This document shows, one piece after another, positions 50,269 through 57,080 of a DNA stretch of 57,080 nucleotides. The notes beneath the pieces are model-generated. The model had not been told where the DNA came from. It was given only the letters and a program-made list of their open reading frames with translations, and did not search any database. A program made the translations under genes and the position numbers. Position 1 is the stretch's first letter; every line of letters begins with the position of its first letter. Origin of the DNA: Polyangiales bacterium (GTDB taxonomy: Bacteria > Myxococcota_A > Polyangia > Polyangiales > Polyangiaceae); contig JBBRLQ010000042.1 in NCBI GenBank assembly GCA_038231275.1, forward strand, positions 1 through 57,080. The letters run 5' to 3'.

Positions 50269-51183
50269 ATGAACACTCGCCACTCCCTGCTTCTCGCCAT
50301 CGCTTCCCTTGGACTCTTCTCGGTCACCGGCTGCTCGGGCGCATCGAACGACGACAACGCGGCGTCGGGCGACACCGAAGAGGAGCTCTCCCTCGAGTCC
50401 TTCGAGGCGCACGCCATGCCGATCAAGGGCGCCGCTCCGCTCGGCGCGCTGCAGACGAGCGCGGCGCCGAAGGCGAACCTGACGTACCGCGGCGGCAAGG
50501 TGATCCCGTCGGTCAGCATCGTGTCGGTCTACTGGGGGAACAAGGTGCAGTACACCGGGCTCCTCGACGTCTTCTACGGCACGCTGCCGAAGAGCACCTA
50601 CTTCGACTGGGTCTACGAGTACAGCACGCCCAAGCAGTACATCGGGCGCGGCTCGTTCGTCGACGGCGTGACCATCTCGCCGAGCACGTCCTCCGCGAAG
50701 GTCTCGGACAAGACGGTCCAGAAAGAGATCTCCAAGCAGATCGGCGCGCACGTGCTCCCGCCGCCCGACGGCGTCAACACGATCTACATGGTGCACTTCC
50801 CGCCCGGCGTCACGATCAGCGGCCCCGGCGGGATGGGCGATTCGTGCAAGGGGTACTGCGCGTACCACGGCGCGTTCAAGCGCTCCGGCAAGATGGTCTA
50901 CTACGGCGTCCACCCGGACTTCGGCTCGGGCGGCTGCGAGAGCGCGTGCGGAGCCGGCACGGCGTGGGAGAACATGACCGAAGCCGCGTCGCACGAGCTC
51001 ATGGAGGCCGTCACCGATCCGGTGCCCGGTAAGGGCTGGTACGACGATCACCAAGGCGAGATCGGCGACATCTGCGCGTACCAGACCACGTGGGTCGACG
51101 GCTTCAAGGTCCAGCTCGAGTGGTCGCAGCACCGCGGGGCGTGCGTCGCGGCGCCGGCGCCGAGCGGCCACGGGCGCAATTGA
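50269..51183 (+). CDS. Lipoprotein of unknown function, Phi-1/EXORDIUM-like motifs
   Basis: Lipobox VTGC; LTYRGGKV, YCAYH, SHELMEAVTDP, GWYD, EIGDIC. Confidence 0.7.
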   Translation: MNTRHSLLLAIASLGLFSVTGCSGASNDDNAASGDTEEELSLESFEAHAMPIKGAAPLGALQTSAAPKANLTYRGGKVIPSVSIVSVYWGNKVQYTGLLDVFYGTLPKSTYFDWVYEYSTPKQYIGRGSFVDGVTISPSTSSAKVSDKTVQKEISKQIGAHVLPPPDGVNTIYMVHFPPGVTISGPGGMGDSCKGYCAYHGAFKRSGKMVYYGVHPDFGSGGCESACGAGTAWENMTEAASHELMEAVTDPVPGKGWYDDHQGEIGDICAYQTTWVDGFKVQLEWSQHRGACVAAPAPSGHGRN

Positions 51184-51196
51184 ACGCGCGTCGTCG

Positions 51197-52489
51197 TCAG
51201 CGCACGTGATCGAACACGCCGTCGATGTGGTGTGACTTGCCGTCGAGGGTCACGCGGACGGCGCCGGTGCCGTCGCGCGCGATCTCGCCGCCGTGGCACG
51301 TCGAGCGATCGCATCCCGTCGACGGCGTGTGCTGCGTCGGCGGGCTGCGGTGGCATCCCTGGCATGGCTCGACGGCGGCGGCGGGAGCGGTCCACGACGG
51401 AAGCGGGAGCGTCTGATCGCGCATTCCCGCGCCGTGGCACGCGACGGAGCACGCGCCGGACTCGAACGTCGGCGCGACGCCGCGATCGGCGGCGCGACCG
51501 GCGAGGGTGACGTCGACCTTGCCGTTCATGTGACCGGGCGCGTGAATTTCTTGCGGCACGACATGACAGCTCCCGCACGTCACGGGCAGCGTGACGTCGG
51601 GTGTGCGGTGCGCGGCGTGCGCGCCGGTGTCGGGCCACGGATCGTCGGGCTTGCCGTGGCACGCGCCGCACGCGCCGCGTCCATCGCCGAGGTCGACCTT
51701 GCCGTTCAAGTGCAATGGACCTGGGACGAGAGCGGTGCCGTCCGCGTTCGCCTCTTTGTGGCACGCCGAGCATTTTCCCGGGTAGTGCGCGGCGGGCGGC
51801 GCGCCGTGGCAGGAGTTGCATTTCAGGGACCCGGTCTCCGTCCAGACCGGCCGCGCGCGGGTGCCGCCGCGATCGTGGCACGACACCGCGCACGATAGCG
51901 TCGTCTTGTCGAAGCTCGACTCCGGCGCGACGCGGGCGGTGTCGAAGACGATCTCGACCTGTCCGTTCGCGTGGAGGCCCGCGAGGACCTCGCCGCCGGG
52001 CACCGGATGGCAGGTGCTGCACGGCAGACCCTTGGCGACGTGGGCCCCGTGCGCGCCGGTGAGCGCGTTCTCCACCGGGAACGCGCTGGGGTCACGCTGC
52101 GCGGTGGCGGGCGTGCCGTCGCCGTGGCACGTGGAGCACGCGAGGACGCCGCCGTTCTCGGTGTGGCACGAGGTGCAGGCGGGCGCGCCAGGCGCCGCGA
52201 ACGTGACCTTCGCAGGCCGCTTGACGGCCCCGTCGTGGCAGCGGCCGCACGATTGCGGGTCTTCGCCGTCGAGCATCGGAGACCACCGTGACGCGCGAAG
52301 GACGCGCCCGTGGAAGTCGGGGGACCGAGGGTCCGCCATCCCGCTGGGATGCACGACACCTGCGTCGCCGACCGCGCCTTCGACCGCAGCTCGTTCCTGG
52401 CTACACGACGCCGCGGCGCCGCACGCGAAGATCGCGGCGGCGCCGAGGGCGACGATGTGGAGGATGCGAGCGCGGAGGCGCGAGGTCAC
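51197..52489 (-). CDS. 12-heme cytochrome c, Geobacter CxxxxCH/CxxCH-domain-like
   Basis: 9 CxxCH, 2 CxxxCH, 1 CxxxxCH; repeated GAHxAH, HxNGxV, PxW motifs; signal/lipoprotein-like N-terminus. Confidence 0.9.
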   Translation of the reverse strand: MTSRLRARILHIVALGAAAIFACGAAASCSQERAAVEGAVGDAGVVHPSGMADPRSPDFHGRVLRASRWSPMLDGEDPQSCGRCHDGAVKRPAKVTFAAPGAPACTSCHTENGGVLACSTCHGDGTPATAQRDPSAFPVENALTGAHGAHVAKGLPCSTCHPVPGGEVLAGLHANGQVEIVFDTARVAPESSFDKTTLSCAVSCHDRGGTRARPVWTETGSLKCNSCHGAPPAAHYPGKCSACHKEANADGTALVPGPLHLNGKVDLGDGRGACGACHGKPDDPWPDTGAHAAHRTPDVTLPVTCGSCHVVPQEIHAPGHMNGKVDVTLAGRAADRGVAPTFESGACSVACHGAGMRDQTLPLPSWTAPAAAVEPCQGCHRSPPTQHTPSTGCDRSTCHGGEIARDGTGAVRVTLDGKSHHIDGVFDHVR

Positions 52490-53808
52490 TGCGGGCGGCC
52501 GAAACCGGGCGGCGCGCTGCCGACCAGCGCGAAGTACGAGTCGTAGATCAGCTGCTTGGTGTACTTCGGGTTGTGGACGCCGAGCGCGCTGCCGCGGGCC
52601 ACGATCAGGTAGTTGTAGAGTGCACCCGCCTGATCCGCGGTGAGCACGCCGCCGCCGGGCCGCGTCTTGTCGAGCGCGAACTGTCCGTCGGCGAGCGCAG
52701 CATTGCTGAGCGCGGTGTACGGCGGCGCCGCGTCACGCGTCAGGTAGCCCGCGGTGTTCATCACTTTCTGGAGGAGGAGGAGGCCCGCCGTCACCGTCGA
52801 CTGACCGCCGTTGATGTCGAAGTTCGGCGCCGACGTGTGGCAAGACGACGCCGTGCACGTGCTGATCTGCGCGTAAAACGAATGGTTCGGCGTGTTGGCG
52901 TTCGTCGTGATCTCCGGCATGTGGCAGTCGACGCACGTGAGCTTCGACTCGTGGGTCGACGTCCCGTACGTCTGGCCGGAGAAGTGGTACCCACCGGCGC
53001 CGGTGTAGATGTCCGCTTGCGGTCCCTCGTGCGGTCCCCAGTACGGGCTGGTGAGGGTGTTCGACGCGGTGATGTAGTTCGTGACGTCCTTGCGGGCCTT
53101 GTGGCACATGATGCAGGCGTTGGCGGTGCCGCGCGTGCCCGCCGAGGTGCCCGTGATGGTGCCGAGCACCGGGCTCTTCTCGAGGAAGACCACGTCGGTC
53201 GCGCCCACCGGCGCGCGCAGCGGGAACGATCCCGGCGTGAACGCGAGCCCAGTGCGGTGCGGATCGTTGGTGTCGTCGACGGCGTGGCAGGTCACGCAGG
53301 TGACGGCGGCGACCTTCGCGCTGCCCTGGTACATGCCCTCGGTGACCGAGCCGCTCGGCGTCTTGTAGTTGAGCTCGCCATTTTTCCCGTTCGCGATGGC
53401 GCCACCATCGACGGTGCCGATGGTGCCGGCGACGCGGTAGGCGATGCCGTCGATCGCGTGACAGTTGCCGCACGCTTGCGGTCCGGTCCACGTGTCGACC
53501 TCGCTCCCGCCGAGGTTCGAGACGAACGTGGCGTAGTGCGTGCTCGTCTTCCATTGCTCGACGATGCCGTTGAAGCCGTGGCACGGCGTGAGGCAGGACG
53601 ACGGGAGACCGCCGTCGATCGTGGGGATGGGGCCGGGAATTCCTTGCGGACCCCCGGGGCCCGCGGGACCAGCGGCGCCGTTGGTCCCTTGCGCGCCACC
53701 TGCACCTGCGGCGCCGGGGGCCCCTGGAGCGCCATCCGAGCCAGTGCACGCCCAAAGGCCCGCGCCGCCCAATGCGGCGAGAACGGTCACGATTCGTAAC
53801 TTGGTCAT
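52486..53808 (-). CDS. 6-heme cytochrome c lipoprotein with collagen-like stalk (OmcB/OcwA-like C-terminus)
   Basis: Lipobox LWAC, 13 Gly-X-Y triplets, 4 CxxCH plus CxxxCH plus Cxxxx[25 protein letters not shown]. Confidence 0.88.
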   Translation of the reverse strand: MTKLRIVTVLAALGGAGLWACTGSDGAPGAPGAAGAGGAQGTNGAAGPAGPGGPQGIPGPIPTIDGGLPSSCLTPCHGFNGIVEQWKTSTHYATFVSNLGGSEVDTWTGPQACGNCHAIDGIAYRVAGTIGTVDGGAIANGKNGELNYKTPSGSVTEGMYQGSAKVAAVTCVTCHAVDDTNDPHRTGLAFTPGSFPLRAPVGATDVVFLEKSPVLGTITGTSAGTRGTANACIMCHKARKDVTNYITASNTLTSPYWGPHEGPQADIYTGAGGYHFSGQTYGTSTHESKLTCVDCHMPEITTNANTPNHSFYAQISTCTASSCHTSAPNFDINGGQSTVTAGLLLLQKVMNTAGYLTRDAAPPYTALSNAALADGQFALDKTRPGGGVLTADQAGALYNYLIVARGSALGVHNPKYTKQLIYDSYFALVGSAPPGFGRPQ

Positions 53809-53837
53809 GGAGGGCTCCTTCGGACGCGGACGGGGAT

Positions 53838-53853
53838 TGCAGGCCTCGTGCCG
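53838..53853 (-). promoter_or_regulatory. sigma54 promoter of the collagen-cytochrome operon
   Basis: CGGCACGAGGCCTGCA, GG-N10-GC, upstream of AGGAG RBS. Confidence 0.75.
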
Positions 53854-53943
53854 CCCAAGCCCTGCTGTCTTTCGCCTGGTTTCGTCGGAGGGACGCCTGC
53901 AGCTTCTGCGTCCGGACGCCTTTTTTTGCGCTACGAGACTCCC

Positions 53944-54939
53944 GTGCGCGTCTCGGTCCTCGACCTGTCTCCGATCACGTCTGGCTCCGGGGCAGCAGAG
54001 GCGCTCGCGCGTACGATCGATCTGGCGCGTCACGCCGACGCGCGCGGGTTTCACCGGTATTGGGTCGCCGAGCACCACAACGCGGGCGGCCTCGCGAGCT
54101 CGTCGCCGGAGATCATGATCGGTCAGATCGCGCGCGAGACGACGCGCATCCGCGTCGGCGCCGGCGGGGTGATGCTCCCCAACCATGCACCGCTGCGCGT
54201 GGCCGAGTCGTTTCGCGTCCTGCACGCGCTCTTCCCTGGTCGCCTCGACCTCGGCCTTGGCCGCGCGGCCGGCACCGATCCGCGGACCGCGCGCGCGCTG
54301 CGTGACGCGCGCCTGGCCTCGGCCGACGGCTTCCCTGCCCAGCTCGACGAGCTCCTCGGGTACCTCGGCGAATGTGCGGGACCGCGGCGCGCGTTCGAGG
54401 GATCGATCGTGGCCATCCCGATGGGTGTTCCGCCGCCCGACGTCTGGATCCTCGGCTCGAGCGACGGCGGCGCGCGCATCGCCGCCGAGCGCGGTCTGCC
54501 GTTCGCGTTCTCGCACCTCCTCAATCCGAGCGAGGCAGTCGCGATGGTGCGTCGCTACCGCGAGGAGTTCCGTCCGTCGTCGCATCGCAGCGCGCCCGAG
54601 GCGATCCTCGCGGCCTCCGTCGTCTGCGCTCCGACCGATCGCGAGGCCGAAGAGCTCGCGGCGAGCGTCGAGCTCGCGTGGGTCCGCATCGGCCAAGGCC
54701 AGCGCGATCTGCCCATCCCGTCCGTCGAAGAGGCCCGCGCCCACCGCTGGGACGAGATCGACGAAGCCCTCCGCGCGGGTCACCGAGGCCGTCACTTCGT
54801 CGGCTCCCCCACTCGCGTCGCGAACGCGCTGCGCGAGCTCGCGGGGGCGGCCGGCGTCGACGAGGTCATGCTCACGGTGAACGTGCACGATCACGCCGCC
54901 CGCACGCGCACCTACGATCTCGTGGCCGACGCGCTCTGA
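53944..54939 (+). CDS. LLM-class (luciferase-like) flavin-dependent oxidoreductase
   Basis: [41 protein letters not shown]. Confidence 0.93.
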   Translation: MRVSVLDLSPITSGSGAAEALARTIDLARHADARGFHRYWVAEHHNAGGLASSSPEIMIGQIARETTRIRVGAGGVMLPNHAPLRVAESFRVLHALFPGRLDLGLGRAAGTDPRTARALRDARLASADGFPAQLDELLGYLGECAGPRRAFEGSIVAIPMGVPPPDVWILGSSDGGARIAAERGLPFAFSHLLNPSEAVAMVRRYREEFRPSSHRSAPEAILAASVVCAPTDREAEELAASVELAWVRIGQGQRDLPIPSVEEARAHRWDEIDEALRAGHRGRHFVGSPTRVANALRELAGAAGVDEVMLTVNVHDHAARTRTYDLVADAL

Positions 54940-54968
54940 ACCTTCGAGGGTAGTATGCTCGGCCAGCC

Positions 54969-55463
54969 ATGAGCGAGAAGCTGACGTTCGTCCTCCTGGA
55001 GCGCATCGACGAGACCTACGAGCACGAGCGCGACGACGTGTGGAGCGACAAGTGCGGCCTCGCCGACGAGGATCGCGCGCAGCTGCTCGAGCTCGCGCTC
55101 CAGCCCCTCGTGCCCGGGCTCACCGACGACGCCCTCCTCAAAGGCAAGGCGCGGGAGATCTTCGCCGGCGCGCTCGAAGGCTTCGACGACTACCCCCTCG
55201 AGGTCTGGGATTTGATCGACGAGGGCGAGGAGCCGCGCTACCGGGTCTGGCTCTTCCACGGCAACCGCGGGCTCTTGCTGGAGTCGGCCACGGAGGAGAG
55301 CCCGGCGCGGACGATTGGCGAAATCCACGCGTGCGTCCTCCACGGCGTCTACGAGAACGTCGACTACCACGCGTTCGAGGATCTGCGCCCGGTGCTCCAG
55401 GCCGCGCAAAAGCGGGCGAAGCGCAGCCTCCCCACCGCGGAGCTCGCCTGGGTCGAGTTTTGA
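54969..55463 (+). CDS. Hypothetical acidic protein
   Basis: 164-aa ORF with normal composition, collinear with neighbours. Confidence 0.7.
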   Translation: MSEKLTFVLLERIDETYEHERDDVWSDKCGLADEDRAQLLELALQPLVPGLTDDALLKGKAREIFAGALEGFDDYPLEVWDLIDEGEEPRYRVWLFHGNRGLLLESATEESPARTIGEIHACVLHGVYENVDYHAFEDLRPVLQAAQKRAKRSLPTAELAWVEF

Positions 55464-55505
55464 CTGCGGCTTGACGCCGGCCAGGGCTGCGCTAGTAACT
55501 CCGCC

Positions 55506-56504
55506 ATGAGTTACGGTTTGACCTCGCGCGCGGGCCTCGTTTTCGCGCTTTTTCTCGCAGCGTGCAGCGCGGCCCCCACCGAAGACGCCGCCGCCACCTC
55601 TTCCGCGTCCGTCGACGGCGCCGCCTCCCTCTCCTTCAACGCGGACTTCACGACGACTGCGTCCGGCCCCGTCGTCGTCGGGCAGAAGGTCCGCGTCGCG
55701 TACGACGTCGCGCGCTCACCTTCGTGCCGCGGCGATTTCAACGGCCACCCGGGCTGGAGCGTCACAGGCTTCTACCGAATCGCCGGCGGCCCCGTCGCGA
55801 CCTTCGAGGCCGGCGGCTTCTCTCCGTCCGGCGGCACGCAGCCTCCCCTCCTCGATCTGTCCACCGCCGGCGATCTCGAGGTCTGGTTCCAGACGACGAG
55901 CGTGTGGGGATGCTCCTCGTACGACTCCAACTTCGGAAAGAACTACCACTTCTCCGTTGGCCCCTCGCCGAAGGCGCCGGGCTGGATCGGCAACGCGGCG
56001 TCCGTCGTCTCACGCGCGACGTGCAGCGGCGGTCCGTGCGACGGCGATCGGCGCGCGCTCGAGGGCGGCTTCTCGTTCGACACCTGGGCGCGCCAGCGCG
56101 CGGCGATCACCAGCGCGTACTTCGACGTGTGGAAGCAAGGCACCACCGATTTCGACAACCCGAACCTCTGGCGCGATTTGGACGTCGAGGTGTTCGTCCG
56201 CGCCGGCTCCGCGGGTCCCTTCACCACGAGATACGTCGGCTTCGATCACCGCGTCGGCAACGACGCGCGCTACGCGTTCTCGCTGCGCGATGTCGATCCC
56301 CTGCCCGGCCTCAACGGCGGCCCGCTCACCGACAAATCGCAGTGCCCGGCGTTCCCGCTGTCGACCGATCCGAGCGGCCAGTACGCGCAGGTCGATCTCC
56401 AATTCCACGTGACCGTGAATGGCACGGTGCTGCGCCCGGCCGGCGGCGGCGAGTTCCACGGCACCTACCAGAATTACAAAGGCCTCTACGCCGTCTGCTT
56501 CTAG
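55506..56504 (+). CDS. DUF6209-like lipoprotein
   Basis: Lipobox LAAC; VAYDVAR, GDLEVWF, YDSNFGKNYHF, VGNDARY. Confidence 0.72.
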   Translation: MSYGLTSRAGLVFALFLAACSAAPTEDAAATSSASVDGAASLSFNADFTTTASGPVVVGQKVRVAYDVARSPSCRGDFNGHPGWSVTGFYRIAGGPVATFEAGGFSPSGGTQPPLLDLSTAGDLEVWFQTTSVWGCSSYDSNFGKNYHFSVGPSPKAPGWIGNAASVVSRATCSGGPCDGDRRALEGGFSFDTWARQRAAITSAYFDVWKQGTTDFDNPNLWRDLDVEVFVRAGSAGPFTTRYVGFDHRVGNDARYAFSLRDVDPLPGLNGGPLTDKSQCPAFPLSTDPSGQYAQVDLQFHVTVNGTVLRPAGGGEFHGTYQNYKGLYAVCF

Positions 56505-56507
56505 AGG

Positions 56508-57080
56508 CTATTTTTTCCGCACGGTCGCGTAGAGGGACACGCCGCGCACGTTCTCGTCGACGTTGAGCGCGTGCTTGAGCGACGGGAGCGCGCGCTGCTC
56601 GCAATCGGTGCGCTCGCAGAGGCGACAGGTGACGCCGACGGGCACGCACGTGTCCGCTGCCTCGAGATCGATCCCGTCCGAGTAGACGAGCGCGCGCGCG
56701 TGCTCGATGCGGCAGCCGAGGCCGATCGCCATCACCGGCTGCTGCGCGTGGTAGCCGCCGGAGTCCTTCTGCACGGTGCGCGCGATGCAGAAGAAGGTGG
56801 AGCCGTCGGGCATGCGCGAGACCTGGATGCGCACCATCCCCGGCGTGAGAAACGACGCGAAGATGTTCCACCGGGGGCACGCCCCGCTGTAGCGCGCGAA
56901 GCGGATGCCAGACGCGCTGAAGCGCTTCGAGATGTTGCCCGCCACGTCGATGCGGATCATGTGAAACGGCACACCCTCGGCACCCGGGCGCCGGAGCGTG
57001 GTGAGGCGCTGGGAGACTTGCTCGAAGCCGACGCGGAAGCGCCGCCCCAAGACGTCGACGTCGTAGCGCTCGCTCTGCGC
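56508..57080 (-). CDS. Short-chain fatty acyl-CoA regulator (ScfR/RamB/PrpR family), 5' end outside window
   Basis: QRLTTLRRPG, DVAGNISKRFSA, GACPRWN, GVTCRLCERTDCEQRA. Confidence 0.92.
   Translation of the reverse strand, partial: AQSERYDVDVLGRRFRVGFEQVSQRLTTLRRPGAEGVPFHMIRIDVAGNISKRFSASGIRFARYSGACPRWNIFASFLTPGMVRIQVSRMPDGSTFFCIARTVQKDSGGYHAQQPVMAIGLGCRIEHARALVYSDGIDLEAADTCVPVGVTCRLCERTDCEQRALPSLKHALNVDENVRGVSLYATVRKK

Noticed and set aside
46196..53808. Symbols mtrA/mtrB/mtrC, omcB, nrfA
   Set aside because: Heme counts and barrel size differ, and there is no CxxCK; orthology cannot be shown by eye

Overview
GC-rich bacterial window, most consistent with a myxobacterium of the Polyangiales (inferred from the eukaryote-type Ser/Thr kinases, TPR-PEGA-TonB receptor, DUF6209-like lipoprotein and sigma54 promoters). 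It holds about 50 CDS and no recognisable rRNA, tRNA, CRISPR array or transposase. Left to right: a hairpin-rich non-coding region and microsatellite, amidase, part of an exopolysaccharide locus, M28 peptidase and GST, an XRE-regulated SDR plus QueA-like pair, YhaO/YhaN nuclease-ATPase, a pseudokinase, rpiA, a membrane protein ending in a phage baseplate-J-like domain, an acyl-CoA dehydrogenase plus two-module NRPS (predicted Asn-Gly), OmpA, a GT-C-like membrane protein, crcB, a kinase-kinase-TonB receptor operon and an orphan NtrC-family activator. The best candidate for an undescribed system is at 45.2-53.8 kb. It comprises a NapC/NirT quinol dehydrogenase, a putative outer-membrane beta-barrel and four multiheme cytochromes with 13, 25, 12 and 6 heme motifs (60 in total with NapC), the last on a collagen-like stalk. 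Two cytochrome promoters and two promoters near the activator share a sigma54 GG-N10-GC element with tandem CGCA-N5-TGCR sites, suggesting a co-regulated extracellular electron transfer conduit. All family calls are by motif recognition, not database search.
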